64,000 nucleotides of DNA from an uncultured Verrucomicrobiae bacterium. Its GTDB lineage: Bacteria > Verrucomicrobiota > Verrucomicrobiia > Chthoniobacterales > UBA10450. Below are positions 49,112 to 59,579 of the stretch, one piece after another. Location of the stretch: positions 32,001 through 96,000 of the forward strand of contig CAVTMK010000003.1 in NCBI GenBank assembly GCA_963735805.1. The letters run 5' to 3'. How positions within the stretch are numbered: the first letter of the stretch is position 1; each line of letters starts with the position of its first letter. Both the position numbers and the translations under genes were made by a program. Under the pieces are notes generated by a model. The model had not been told where the DNA came from. It did not search any database and worked only from the letters and a program-made list of their open reading frames with translations.

Positions 49112-49948
49112 ATGCCATTCGTAACTGCAGGAAAAGAAAACGCAGCTAACATCGACATCTATTATAAGGATTGGGGCAAAGGACAACCCATCGTGTTTAG
49201 CCACGGCTGGCCGCTCAGCGCGGATGATTGGGACGCGCAAATGCTGTTCTTCCTCTCCAAAGGCTATCGGGTCATCGCCCATGACCGGCGAGGGCACGGC
49301 CGTTCAACGCAGACGAGCGATGGTCATGACATGGGCCACTATGCCGACGATCTGAAGGCAGTCACTGACCATCTCAAACTGAAGGATGCGATTCACGTCG
49401 GGCATTCGACCGGTGGCGGCGAAGTCGTGCATTATCTCGCCCGTCATGGCGACAAGAATGTAGCGAAGGCGTCGATCATCAGCGCCGTGCCGCCGTTGAT
49501 GGTAAAAACCTCGGCCAATCCGCTAGGCCTGCCCAAATCGGTGTTCGACGATCTCCAAGCCCAACTCTTCGGCAACCGGGCAAAGTTCTATTACGATCTG
49601 CCAGCCGGCCCATTCTACGGCTTCAACCGTCCAGGCGTGAAAACGATCGAGCCTACCGTTTGGAACTGGTGGCGTCAGGGCATGATGGGTGGCGCCAAAG
49701 CACACTACGACGGAATCGTCGCATTCTCCCAGACCGACTTCACGGAGGACCTGAAGAAGATCTCGGTGCCTGTTCTTGTGATGCACAGCGAGGACGACCA
49801 GATCGTGCCGTACCAGGCAGCCGGTCCGCTCTCAGCCAAGCTCCTCAAAAACGGCACGCTGAAAACATACAAAGACTACCCGCACGGCATGCCTACGACG
49901 CAAGCCGACGTCATCAACGCCGACTTGCTCGCATTCATCAAATCGTAG
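49112..49948 (+). CDS. Non-heme chloroperoxidase-like alpha/beta hydrolase
   Basis: [37 protein letters not shown]. Confidence 0.9.
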   Translation: MPFVTAGKENAANIDIYYKDWGKGQPIVFSHGWPLSADDWDAQMLFFLSKGYRVIAHDRRGHGRSTQTSDGHDMGHYADDLKAVTDHLKLKDAIHVGHSTGGGEVVHYLARHGDKNVAKASIISAVPPLMVKTSANPLGLPKSVFDDLQAQLFGNRAKFYYDLPAGPFYGFNRPGVKTIEPTVWNWWRQGMMGGAKAHYDGIVAFSQTDFTEDLKKISVPVLVMHSEDDQIVPYQAAGPLSAKLLKNGTLKTYKDYPHGMPTTQADVINADLLAFIKS

Positions 49949-49968
49949 GGCCGCAAACCGACGAGCAC

Positions 49969-50934
49969 ATGAAGGCGTTGCGTTTTGAGAAATTTGGTCC
50001 TCCTTCGGTTCTCACGATTGAAGAACTTCCGCGACCCGAGCCGCATGATGGGGAAGCACTCGTTCAGGTCCATGCGGCGGCAATAAATCCGAGCGACGTA
50101 AAAAACGTATCCGGTTATTTCCCGGCGACAACTTTGCCGCGAACTCCTGGCCGTGATTTCGCGGGAATTGTGGTTACAGGGAAGAAATGTGAAGCCCAAG
50201 AGGTGTGGGGCAGCGGTCCGGGTCTTGGCACCACGCTCGATGGCGCACAGGCTGAATATGTCGTGGTATCTGAGGAAGCCGTTTCTCCCAAACCACGTAA
50301 CTTGAGCTTCGAACAAGCGGCAGCCATCGGCGTTCCGTTTATTACCGCATGGTGCGCGGTCGTCGATGCCGCGCAGCTTGATGCGGGAGAAACAATCTTG
50401 ATTATCGGGGCCTCTGGCGCGGTCGGCCAGGCGGCCACGCAAATTGCCTGCTGGCGAAAGGCACGCGTGCTCGCGGCCGGTCGCTCCTCGAAACCTGTTC
50501 CCGGTGCTGATGCCGTGATCAACACTAGGACCGAAGATTTGCGTGCCCGCGTTTTTGAACTAACCAAGGACAAAGGTGCTGATGCAGTCTTCGACGCAGT
50601 CGGCGGCGCGATGTTTGAGCCCTCTCTGCATTGTTTGCGAGTCGGTGGCCGCCAAATCGCAATCACAAGCACAGGCGAACGGCGCGTCTGTTTTGATCTT
50701 ATTGATTTCTATCACAACCGCTCAAGGTTGGTCGGCGTTGACACGATGAAATTGACGCCGTCTGATGTCGGGGCAATCGCGCAAAAATTGTCTTCGGGCT
50801 TCAAAGCAGGTGCGCTTAAACCACCGGCTGTCGAAACAGTGCCGTTCGAAAACGCGATTCAAGCTTATGAACAACTTGTCACTGGTAACACAAACACAAA
50901 ACAGGTGCTTACATTTTCAAGTAATCAGACATAG
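49969..50934 (+). CDS. MDR-family NADPH:quinone oxidoreductase-like protein
   Basis: AAINPSD, PGRDFAG, GASGAVG, DAVGG. Confidence 0.88.
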   Translation: MKALRFEKFGPPSVLTIEELPRPEPHDGEALVQVHAAAINPSDVKNVSGYFPATTLPRTPGRDFAGIVVTGKKCEAQEVWGSGPGLGTTLDGAQAEYVVVSEEAVSPKPRNLSFEQAAAIGVPFITAWCAVVDAAQLDAGETILIIGASGAVGQAATQIACWRKARVLAAGRSSKPVPGADAVINTRTEDLRARVFELTKDKGADAVFDAVGGAMFEPSLHCLRVGGRQIAITSTGERRVCFDLIDFYHNRSRLVGVDTMKLTPSDVGAIAQKLSSGFKAGALKPPAVETVPFENAIQAYEQLVTGNTNTKQVLTFSSNQT

Positions 50935-51088
50935 TAAGCTTATCTACAAGCTCGTGTATGATGCCATCTGACTCGTTCACTTGTTGTGGAAGGCTGAATA
51001 ACCCAAACACTCATCGTTTCATGGCTGATTGTATGCGCGCCAGCGTTCGGTCACTAAGGAGGCTTCCCCTGCTCGGGTAAGCGAGAAC

Positions 51089-52513
51089 ATGCAACCCGAA
51101 GAGTTCGATTTAGTCATGCTCGGTGGCGGCACGGGTTCGACCGTTGCTGCGTGGACGTTTGCCGGCGAAGGAAAGCGGGTCGCAGTCGTCGATCGCAAAT
51201 ACATCGGCGGATCGTGCCCGAACATCGCCTGCTTACCAAGCAAGAACATCATCCACAGTGCGAAGATCGCGTCCTACATTCGCCGAAGCAAAGAGTTTGG
51301 CATCTCTCTCGACGGCTTCACAATCGACATGTCGGGCGTCCGCGATCGCAAACGCAAGATGGTAATCGGCCTCAACGACATGTACCTTGCGAACTACAGA
51401 AACACGGGAGCGACATTGATTTTGGGAGGAACCGGTCGGTTCATCGCTCCGAAAACTGTCGAGGTCACTCTCCCGAATGGGACCAAGCGTCTGTTGCGCG
51501 GTACCGACGTGATCATAAGTACCGGTACACGAGCTACCCTGGAAGCAATCCCCGGTCTTGCTGAAGCGGAACCACTCACCCATGTCGAGGCACTCGAACT
51601 TGACCGCGTTCCCGAACGGTTACTTGTGATAGGTGGCGGATATGTCGGAATAGAATTCTCGCAGGCTATGCGCCGCTTCGGAAGCAAAGTAACGGTGATC
51701 GATCGCAACCAACGCCTGATGTCTAAAGAAGATGAAGACGTCTGTGAAGCTCTTCGTACTCTGCTTCAGGACGAGGACGTAGACATTGTTTTGTCTGCGC
51801 GGGTCAAGGAACTGTCAGGGAAATCTGGCGACGCAGTGAGCGTCATCGTGGACCAAAACGGAACTGAGAAGGCCTTGAAGGGCAGTCATGTACTAGTGGC
51901 GGCAGGCCGCACGCCAAACACCGACCGGCTTGGGTTGGACTTAGCTGGAGTCGAATTGACGAACCGGGGATACATCAAGGTCAACGAACGATTGCAGACT
52001 ACCGCGCCGGGTGTGTGGGCAATCGGTGAGGTTGCGGGTAGTCCGCAGTTTACACATATCAGCCTGGACGATTTTCGCGTCGTCCATGCGAATCTAACTG
52101 GCGGCAACCGCGTGACTACGGGCAGGCAGGTTCCTTATTGCCTATTCACGGACCCGGAATTGGCGCGCGTTGGATTAAGTGAAATGGAAGCCAGAGCTCG
52201 GAGTATGGCGTATCGCTTGTTCAAAGTTCCAATGGAAGAAAATCTGCGCGCACGCTCGCTTTCGGAAACGCGAGGATTTTTCAAGGCCTTGGTAGCGACT
52301 GACAGCGATCGCATTCTCGGCTTCACGGCTTTCGGTGTTGGCGCGGGGGAGATTATGTCCACCGTCCAGATGGTGATGATCGCAGGATTGCCCTATACCA
52401 CACTGCGGGATGCCGTCCTAACTCATCCCACATTAGTAGAAGGACTGATGGCGCTGTTCTCATCAGTGCCGTCGGCCCATCATGTTGCTGATGCGACGTC
52501 GTCACCGCATTAA
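51089..52513 (+). CDS. Flavin-disulfide oxidoreductase (MerA/RclA-like)
   Basis: GGSCPNIACLPSK; IGGGYVGIE; THPT; no C-terminal Cys-Cys. Confidence 0.88.
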   Translation: MQPEEFDLVMLGGGTGSTVAAWTFAGEGKRVAVVDRKYIGGSCPNIACLPSKNIIHSAKIASYIRRSKEFGISLDGFTIDMSGVRDRKRKMVIGLNDMYLANYRNTGATLILGGTGRFIAPKTVEVTLPNGTKRLLRGTDVIISTGTRATLEAIPGLAEAEPLTHVEALELDRVPERLLVIGGGYVGIEFSQAMRRFGSKVTVIDRNQRLMSKEDEDVCEALRTLLQDEDVDIVLSARVKELSGKSGDAVSVIVDQNGTEKALKGSHVLVAAGRTPNTDRLGLDLAGVELTNRGYIKVNERLQTTAPGVWAIGEVAGSPQFTHISLDDFRVVHANLTGGNRVTTGRQVPYCLFTDPELARVGLSEMEARARSMAYRLFKVPMEENLRARSLSETRGFFKALVATDSDRILGFTAFGVGAGEIMSTVQMVMIAGLPYTTLRDAVLTHPTLVEGLMALFSSVPSAHHVADATSSPH

Positions 52514-52656
52514 ATCGAGGCATGCATAAGGAATATGTTATCGTGCTTCCAGATCTGGAGTTGGTTGCGCCGGGAGTCTTTGGACGGGACAACATTGCAG
52601 CCATTATCGGGGACGCTGGATCGCACGCTCGATGACAAGCTTTTCAAGTTAACCAT

Positions 52657-53022
52657 ATGAAACTACCAACCAGCTTATCGATAGGCATCACCGCGATTAG
52701 TATACTCGGCACGATATTAGTTCGGGCGGCCACTGATCACAGCGACGAACAGATCCGCACTGAGGTCGATTGGTCGGAGTTGATCGCGAGCATGGACAAG
52801 ATGCACATGGCCATGGGAGCAGTTGAGCGATCCGGCAACAGTGATGTCGATTTCGTTAGGTTGATGATTCCTCATCATCAGGCGGCAGTCGACATGGCGA
52901 AAACACAACTCTTGTACGGCAAGGATCCACAAATGCGGCGCCTAGCTCAGGAAATTATCACTGACCAACAGCTCGAACTCGAATTGATGCAGCGTTGGCT
53001 GAAACAACAACACGCAAACTAA
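52657..53022 (+). CDS. DUF305 (CopM-like) exported protein
   Basis: MDKMHMAM; DVDFVRLMIPHHQAAVDMA; LAQEIITDQQ.E..LM. Confidence 0.88.
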   Translation: MKLPTSLSIGITAISILGTILVRAATDHSDEQIRTEVDWSELIASMDKMHMAMGAVERSGNSDVDFVRLMIPHHQAAVDMAKTQLLYGKDPQMRRLAQEIITDQQLELELMQRWLKQQHAN

Positions 53023-53023
53023 C

Positions 53024-54487
53024 ATGAGAGCGATTCTTTGGTTTTTGCTTCTTTGTTTATCGGCACCGGCAATAGCGCAACAGGCCCCTTGGGCGCGACG
53101 AGACATTCCAGTCTCCAGTCACGACCGCGTTTATACGGCCGATCAAACGTCGAACACGGTTTCGGTAATTGATCCGGCTGAGAACAAGTTGCTCGGCGAG
53201 ATAAGACTTGGCGACCCGGTGCCCGGCGCGCTTAGTCCGCTGTACAAAGGGCAGCTTCTCGTTCACGGTCTGGGTTTCTCGCCAGACTCCAAGACACTGG
53301 CCGTTGTGTCGGTGGGATCGAATTCTGTAACGCTGATCGACACGTTAACGAACAAAGTCAAAGGCGTGGTTTACGTGGGCCGATCGCCGCATGAAGCGTT
53401 CTTCACTCCCAATGGACGCGAGTTATGGGTGACTGTGCGCGGCGAGAACTACGTCTCGGTGATCGATCCCGCTCGGATGAGCGAAACGCGGCGCATCGAA
53501 GTGGCCAACGGTCCAGGTATGACCATGTTCGGGCCGGACGGCAAGTATGCGTTTGTGTGTTCCAGCTTCATTCCGGAACTCGCGGTCATCGATGTAGCGT
53601 CGCATAAAATCATCAAGCGAGTGCCGCAAGTGAGTCCCTTTTCACCGAATATCGCTGTTACTCCGGAAAACGATGAGGTGTGGATCACCTTGAAAGACGT
53701 CGGCAAGGTGCAGACCTACAGCGCGAAGCCACCGTTCGAGCAAAAAGTGGTGGTGGAGACTGGACCGATCACGAATCACGTGAACTTTGCGAATAATCGC
53801 AGCGGAAAATTCGCATACGTGACCATTGGCGGCACGAACGAAGTAAAAGCCTTCCGAAGAGGCGAAACACCGGAATTAGTCGCAACAATTCCGGTGGGAG
53901 AACTTCCGCATGGAATCTGGCCTTCGGGCGATGGTTCGCGAGTTTATGTGGCACTGGAAAATGCCGGACATTGCGTTGCGATTGATACCGTAACTAACAA
54001 GGTCATCGCTAACATCCCAATCGGGCAAACGACGCAGGCTCTGGTTTATGTGCCAAACGCGGTCCCGAGCGGCGCCGGTACGGAAAATCTCATGCCGCTC
54101 GGCACTGCAGCTAACACTGCGCGGCTACACTTGGAGGCCGGCGGCACCGCGCTGCCAAAAGCTCAGGCATCGGTGGCGGTGAATTCACTCGGCCTCTTGG
54201 ATCTTATTCAGATCGCGGCGAAAGGACTTTCACCGCAGACGCAGTATCAGGTCTATCTGGCCGGATCGAATCAGGCGCCGTTTGGTAAACTTGAACCGCT
54301 TGCCGTCCTGAAAACGAATCCCGATGGCGCAGGCATCGTTCAGGCAATCGGGCCGCTGAAGGCGCTCGCCGTCAATAATCCAAATTCCTCCGCGGCTCAA
54401 CGATTTCTCGTCGTGACAGACATCAAAGACCCATCGCAGATTGCGCTGCGGCAGGCTAGCTCGGCAGGAAATCTTGACCGTAAATAG
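53024..54487 (+). CDS. Secreted YncE/YVTN beta-propeller protein
   Basis: Signal peptide; SNTVSVID, SNSVTLID, VGRSPHE, VGELPHGIW repeats. Confidence 0.88.
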   Translation: MRAILWFLLLCLSAPAIAQQAPWARRDIPVSSHDRVYTADQTSNTVSVIDPAENKLLGEIRLGDPVPGALSPLYKGQLLVHGLGFSPDSKTLAVVSVGSNSVTLIDTLTNKVKGVVYVGRSPHEAFFTPNGRELWVTVRGENYVSVIDPARMSETRRIEVANGPGMTMFGPDGKYAFVCSSFIPELAVIDVASHKIIKRVPQVSPFSPNIAVTPENDEVWITLKDVGKVQTYSAKPPFEQKVVVETGPITNHVNFANNRSGKFAYVTIGGTNEVKAFRRGETPELVATIPVGELPHGIWPSGDGSRVYVALENAGHCVAIDTVTNKVIANIPIGQTTQALVYVPNAVPSGAGTENLMPLGTAANTARLHLEAGGTALPKAQASVAVNSLGLLDLIQIAAKGLSPQTQYQVYLAGSNQAPFGKLEPLAVLKTNPDGAGIVQAIGPLKALAVNNPNSSAAQRFLVVTDIKDPSQIALRQASSAGNLDRK

Positions 54488-54515
54488 GCCTAACGACCTC
54501 CTGACGCACTATTTT

Positions 54516-55340
54516 ATGTCAAAGCCTTGGTTCATTATCGGACTCTTGCTGTTAAGCTGCTGCACAGTGACGGCGCAAAAGGAAGCCCGCCATATTCGAA
54601 ACATTGTTCTTGTTCATGGTGCCTGGGCAGATGGTTCGGGCTGGAAAGGTGTTTACGAAATTCTCGCCAAGAAAGGGTACAAGGTCAGCATCGTTCAGGA
54701 GCCGGAGACGTCCTTCAAAGAAGACGTAGATGCGACTATTCGCGTGATCGCTCAGCAAGATGGACCGTGCGTTGTTGTAGCTCACAGCTATGGTGGAGCG
54801 GTAATCACAGCAGCTGCGAACGATCCTAAAGTCATGGCATTAGTTTATGTCGCGGCCCACATGCCGGATGCAGGAGAGAGTGAGGCTGAGGATGGCAGGC
54901 GTTTTCCAAGTGATCTAAGTAAGTCGAGCGCAATAAAAAAGACTACCGACGGTTTCACTTACCTCGATCCAGCCCAATTTCATGAATATTTCGCAGCCGA
55001 TTTGACTGCTGAGCAAGCCGCTTTCATGGCGCGCTCACAGGTGTTCAACTACGCCGAAAATTTCAGTGCGGTTATCACGACGCCAGCGTGGAAAAGCAAG
55101 CCGAGCTGGATGCTGGTACCCACAAAGGATAGAACCATTAATCCTGATCTTGAACGGTGGTACGCCGCGCGAGCTAAAAGTCACGTGGTGGAAGTTTCAG
55201 GCGCGAGCCATGCAGTCTACGTCTCCAGGCCAAAGGAGGTTGCAGCCGTAATCGAAGAAGCTGCGTCGCACGCTCACTCTGAAGAGGGAGCGATCAATAC
55301 ACCTTCGGTGACATCACAAGATCTTACGAACGAGCAATAG
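54516..55340 (+). CDS. Exported alpha/beta hydrolase
   Basis: NIVLVHGAWADGSGW; AHSYGG; DRTINP; ASH. Confidence 0.88.
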   Translation: MSKPWFIIGLLLLSCCTVTAQKEARHIRNIVLVHGAWADGSGWKGVYEILAKKGYKVSIVQEPETSFKEDVDATIRVIAQQDGPCVVVAHSYGGAVITAAANDPKVMALVYVAAHMPDAGESEAEDGRRFPSDLSKSSAIKKTTDGFTYLDPAQFHEYFAADLTAEQAAFMARSQVFNYAENFSAVITTPAWKSKPSWMLVPTKDRTINPDLERWYAARAKSHVVEVSGASHAVYVSRPKEVAAVIEEAASHAHSEEGAINTPSVTSQDLTNEQ

Positions 55341-55401
55341 TTACAAAGCAACACACCAGCGAACGTCAGACTTCCAAGCGTTCAGAAATGAAAGGAACAC
55401 A

Positions 55402-56163
55402 ATGAACAACAATAGATTCTCGGGAAAAGTTGCGCTCGTGACCGGAGGAACTTCCGGTATTGGCAAAGCCACGGCGCTCGAGTTCGCGCGCGCTGGCGCC
55501 AAGGTCGTTTTGGCTGGTCGCCGCGAGAAAGAAGGCGCGCAGGTCGTTGCCGAAATTAAAAAACTCGGCGGCGATGCGGCATTCGTCCGGACGGACGTCG
55601 CGAAAGATGCCGACGTTAAAGCGATGGTCGACTTCACCATCGGCACTTATCGCCGCCTCGACATCGCTTTTAACAATGCCGGCGTTGAGTGGATAGGCCC
55701 ATTGGATCAGGCCACCGAGGCGGAATACCGTCGCATCTTCGACATCAACGTTTGGGGAGTTCTGAATTCGATGCGTCACGAAATCCCTGCCATGCTAAAA
55801 AACGGCGGTGGCGCCATCGTCAATACCTCTAGCGTGGCCGGGCACGTTGGCATGGGTCAGGTCAGCATCTACACCGCGTCCAAGCATGCGGTCGAAGGCT
55901 TGACCAAGGCTCTCGCGCTGGAGTTCGCCAAACAAAATATCCGTATTAACGCAGTGGCCCCCGCCGGTGTCGCAACCGACATGGTCGATCGCTTCGCCGG
56001 AAAAGAAGGCGAGATGCGCGATTACCTCACGTCTCTTCATCCGGTCGGGCGCATTGGCGCCAGCGAAGAAATCGCTGCGGCCGTTCTCTATCTCTGTTCC
56101 GACGACGCGAAATTTACCACCGGCACTTCCCTCGTAGTGGATGGAGGAATGCTGGCCCAATAA
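55402..56163 (+). CDS. Short-chain dehydrogenase/reductase
   Basis: TGGTSGIG; NNAG; YTASK. Confidence 0.93.
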   Translation: MNNNRFSGKVALVTGGTSGIGKATALEFARAGAKVVLAGRREKEGAQVVAEIKKLGGDAAFVRTDVAKDADVKAMVDFTIGTYRRLDIAFNNAGVEWIGPLDQATEAEYRRIFDINVWGVLNSMRHEIPAMLKNGGGAIVNTSSVAGHVGMGQVSIYTASKHAVEGLTKALALEFAKQNIRINAVAPAGVATDMVDRFAGKEGEMRDYLTSLHPVGRIGASEEIAAAVLYLCSDDAKFTTGTSLVVDGGMLAQ

Positions 56164-56458
56164 AGAACACATTTAGAAATCGAAACATCAAGAGTGGAAC
56201 TATCGAAGTCGATTTTCTCCCGCAAGCTTTTGAAGAGGCCAAAGATTACCTCAAATGCTGCCTCTCCCCCCCGAAAGCTGGGATTCGCGATCAACTCTAA
56301 TGAGAGCAAATCTGATTAAATGAAGCAGTTCTTTTTTGCGTGTCCCCCTTTTTTGGTTGTCTTTTTGACGGGAACTGGCTTCGAGATAGCATAACATTGA
56401 CGACTTCGATTCGCCGAAGCCTCATTGAGAAAACGCGCAGCAATACAAATTAAAAACG

Positions 56459-56728
56459 ATGCCTAATCGAGGGTGTTCTCATCTCGACACGATCGAGTCC
56501 ATCAAACAACCGCAACGCCGCGAATGCGAAGAATGCGTGAAGATCGGTTCATCCTGGGTCCATCTGCGCACGTGCCAGACGTGCGGTGTGACGCTGTGCT
56601 GCGATAGCTCCCCAAACCGGCATGCCAGCAAGCACGCTCATTCGTCCAGCCATCCTGTCATTGCATCCGCTCAACCCGGAGAGCGCTGGTTGTACTGCTA
56701 TCCAGACGACGCGTTTGCGGAATATTAG
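56459..56728 (+). CDS. Stand-alone UBP-type zinc finger protein
   Basis: CSH..CEEC..WVHLRTCQTCG..CCDSSPNRHA.KH; W..CYPD. Confidence 0.9.
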   Translation: MPNRGCSHLDTIESIKQPQRRECEECVKIGSSWVHLRTCQTCGVTLCCDSSPNRHASKHAHSSSHPVIASAQPGERWLYCYPDDAFAEY

Positions 56729-56970
56729 CCGCTGACATGCCGAAGAGTTTGGGCGATTTCTGAAATCGCCACACACAATCGATTTGTAACGTGCTTCAAA
56801 ATCTTATTTAGCCGCCATGGACGCGGACACGCACATACCATGTTCGACTTCTGGTGACACTTGCGGTGCATCTTCTCCGCTGCTTCCAACTTACACTCGC
56901 CATTTGCTAGCTTTTGAGCGCCTGCCGCCTCGCCTCCGCTGCAAAAGCGCTACAGCTCAACCCTTGCGCC

Positions 56971-57345
56971 TCACGACTTCGAGACAACGATCGTACCTGT
57001 CATTTTCGGGTGCACCGAGCAAAAGTAGGTGTAGGTGCCGGGAGCACCTGCTGTAATCGTGAATGTCTCATCCGTGTCGAGCGCCGACGATTTCTTAAAC
57101 CGTTTCTCGACGCTGACAACGGTATGTGGTTCTTCGTCGTGATTGATCCATGTAATCGTCTGTCCGGACTTCACGGTTATGGTCTGCGGATTGAAGGCGA
57201 AATCTTTGATCTCTATTGTGTTTTGCTTGCTACTGGTGCTATCGGCGTCCTTCATTTCGCCAGCAAGTGCGAAGGCGGACAGACTCAGACAACTGATCGC
57301 GCACAGTAGTGCGATGGTTTTGTTTCTAGCTATTAGTGTGGTCAT
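56971..57345 (-). CDS. Exported cupredoxin (amicyanin-like)
   Basis: FAFNPQ; WINHDEEPHTV; YFCSVHPKMTG type-1 copper ligands. Confidence 0.93.
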   Translation of the reverse strand: MTTLIARNKTIALLCAISCLSLSAFALAGEMKDADSTSSKQNTIEIKDFAFNPQTITVKSGQTITWINHDEEPHTVVSVEKRFKKSSALDTDETFTITAGAPGTYTYFCSVHPKMTGTIVVSKS

Positions 57346-57362
57346 GGTTATTTGTTGTTGCG

Positions 57363-58325
57363 TTAGCTAAGGTTAGAATCGACGACAGCCAGCGCGGTTT
57401 TACCTTGTTTATACTGGACGCTGGTTAGACCAAGAAGGCTGCGCAGCTTTTCAGCTGGCACTTTCATCGGTCCAGGAGATGGGGCAGTTCCAGGCGCAGG
57501 CTGTGGAAAGGCGGTGGACATCGCTGTATGGAAAGTGATATTGCCTTCTACCTTTTGGAGCACCTGGTGAATGTGCCCGTTTAGCACTGTCACCGACCCG
57601 AAGCGTTTCAAATATCCCAGAGCGCGTTCGCTATCGCTTGTTCCCCAACCCCATTGCGGATACACCGTCCAAAGCGGGATGTGCGCGAACACAACAATCG
57701 GCGTGTCAGCGCCAAGGGGTTTCACATCGCCCTCGAGCCACTCGAGCTGGTCATCGCCGAGCTGCCCCAAACCGCCCGCCTGAAGATCTAGCACGTTGAC
57801 CAGTCCAATGAAATGGACACCGTTTTTGTTAAAGCTATACCAACCGGAGCCCTTGGCGTCGACCCGCTTCAAATACTTTTCGCGGTAAAGCTTTCCGCCG
57901 TCATTTAGAACGTCGTGCTCGCCTGGCACGTAAAACACATCCTTGGTCCGGCAGCTCTTTAGTACCTCGTCGAAGGTATCGAACTCTTCCGGCTTTGAGA
58001 GTTGCGTGATATCGCCGGTGTGGATAAGGAAAGACGGCGGAGTTGGCATCGCGTTGATTCGATCCAAAGCAACTTTGAAAGTCGCGGTAACATCTTTGTT
58101 AGCCTCTTTGTTGAAGCCAATATGGCTATCGCTAATCTGTAGAAAACTAAGGTCCGTAGCCGGCAATGGCCCTCCAGCTTTCGCAATTTCGGCAAGGGTT
58201 TTTGACACGAGGACGCCGCCGCTGACGGTCCAGAGCAGGCCGGTGCCAGCCCAGGCCATGCACTGAAGAAAGCCGCGGCGGTCGATGCCGTCGTGTTCGT
58301 GATCATGAGAAATGTAATCGGACAT
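57363..58325 (-). CDS. Tat-exported metallophosphoesterase
   Basis: DRRGFL Tat motif; QISDSH, HTGD, PGEHD, AHIP, NGHIH; start set at ATG 58325 with an RBS, downstream of the ECF promoter. Confidence 0.9.
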   Translation of the reverse strand: MSDYISHDHEHDGIDRRGFLQCMAWAGTGLLWTVSGGVLVSKTLAEIAKAGGPLPATDLSFLQISDSHIGFNKEANKDVTATFKVALDRINAMPTPPSFLIHTGDITQLSKPEEFDTFDEVLKSCRTKDVFYVPGEHDVLNDGGKLYREKYLKRVDAKGSGWYSFNKNGVHFIGLVNVLDLQAGGLGQLGDDQLEWLEGDVKPLGADTPIVVFAHIPLWTVYPQWGWGTSDSERALGYLKRFGSVTVLNGHIHQVLQKVEGNITFHTAMSTAFPQPAPGTAPSPGPMKVPAEKLRSLLGLTSVQYKQGKTALAVVDSNLS

Positions 58326-58379
58326 ATGTTTGGTTCCTTTTGGTTTGGCTGGTTTGATTGATGTTGTTTCCACTGGTCC

Positions 58380-58405
58380 TTACTGATTCGGGAGGGTTTT
58401 ATTCC
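58380..58405 (-). promoter_or_regulatory. ECF promoter for the phosphoesterase-cupredoxin genes
   Basis: GGAAT-N17-GTAA. Confidence 0.65.
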
Positions 58406-58410
58406 CGGAA

Positions 58411-58863
58411 TTAAATCGCACCACTTTCGACTCCGCTGACAAATCCGCCGAGATGTCCGGCGATTGCGATCAGCAAGACCGTGGCAAGCGCAAGCATGAT
58501 GTAGGTGAGCCCCGGCGCGCGTTGCGGAAGTTTCCGCTGGGAAATACGCCAGCCGGAAAGAACCCACATCATCCCGCTTGCGGCCAGGGCAAAGAGCAGG
58601 TGCAGAAGCAAGTTTCCCTTAAGCTTCGACCCTTCCAGTTGCCATTGCCATGCGGTCAAGCCGCTCGCAATGGCAACCGGGGCTGTCAGGGCCGCACCGA
58701 TCAGATTATAAAACGCGGCCTTCGCCAAGGCTGGATTCTTTTTCCAGATCGCAAGGAGATCAAATGCCACACTGATGATGAACAGCGCTATCGGGAAGTG
58801 AATAATTATCGGGTGTTGCGCGTGTTTCGCGAGCAGGGCGGCTTTTAGATCAAACGGGTTCAT
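58411..58863 (-). CDS. DUF2231 membrane protein
   Basis: HPIIIHFPIAL; TM helices; GHLGGFV. Confidence 0.85.
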   Translation of the reverse strand: MNPFDLKAALLAKHAQHPIIIHFPIALFIISVAFDLLAIWKKNPALAKAAFYNLIGAALTAPVAIASGLTAWQWQLEGSKLKGNLLLHLLFALAASGMMWVLSGWRISQRKLPQRAPGLTYIMLALATVLLIAIAGHLGGFVSGVESGAI

Positions 58864-58901
58864 GCGATCCTTTGTGAAACCTTGCAGCGATTTTCCGACA
58901 C

Positions 58902-59396
58902 TCAGTTGTGTGCTATCCCGCTGGGTGATTTCTCACCTGTGGAATCCAAGTCGAGGATTGTTTGCCTACCAGCCTTGATAACGACGCGCGCTCGGACATA
59001 TCCTTTCGTCTCCGATCGAGCTTCGATTACGTAGGATCCCGCCTGCAGTGTCACGACCTCGGGAATTTCATCGCTGTTCGAGATGTGATTTTCCACATTC
59101 TTGAATAGCCTTCCATCGGTCGTGTAGATCGCGTACGAGCTATGTGCATAGTAAGGCACGTCACTGTCCTCGAATGCATCCGTAGCGGAATAAACCATGA
59201 GTGAACCCTGCGATAACTGTCCTGCTTTTGCCTCGCCCCTGGCCAGTGCTGGTTTCTCTGTTTCATTGCCGCGCGTTGTGCCGAGCAACGCCACAGCAAT
59301 AAACATCCCGATCGCCAGATTTCTTGTGGTCACGTACCTAAGAAGTGGCATGAACGCCGATCCGTAGCTGTAAGTCTGTTTGTGATTAGTTTTCAT
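58902..59396 (-). CDS. Hypothetical exported protein
   Basis: Hydrophobic N-terminal segment; HSSYAIY..DG, V.NH, LQAGSYVIEA; lies below an ECF promoter. Confidence 0.65.
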   Translation of the reverse strand: MKTNHKQTYSYGSAFMPLLRYVTTRNLAIGMFIAVALLGTTRGNETEKPALARGEAKAGQLSQGSLMVYSATDAFEDSDVPYYAHSSYAIYTTDGRLFKNVENHISNSDEIPEVVTLQAGSYVIEARSETKGYVRARVVIKAGRQTILDLDSTGEKSPSGIAHN

Positions 59397-59426
59397 TGTT
59401 TTGTTTTTGATTACCTCCAGCGACTT

Positions 59427-59452
59427 ATACCGATTTGGTCAGCGAATATTCC
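59427..59452 (-). promoter_or_regulatory. ECF promoter
   Basis: GGAAT-N17-GTAT. Confidence 0.65.
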
Positions 59453-59579
59453 CGCTAGGGCGAAACCGTTTCCGCGCCGAAAAAGTTGCGGGAAAGAATC
59501 GCCCTGGTTCGACGGAACCGTGCGCGACTATTATCGATGGGCTACCCTGCTATCGTTTCGCTAACGACCGCGGATGTCG

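Noticed and set aside
51089..52513. Mercuric reductase MerA call
   Set aside because: No C-terminal Cys-Cys, no NmerA domain and no mer genes nearby.
52530..52556. GGAATA upstream of DUF305 as a fifth ECF promoter
   Set aside because: GA rather than GT at the -10 position with N17 spacing.
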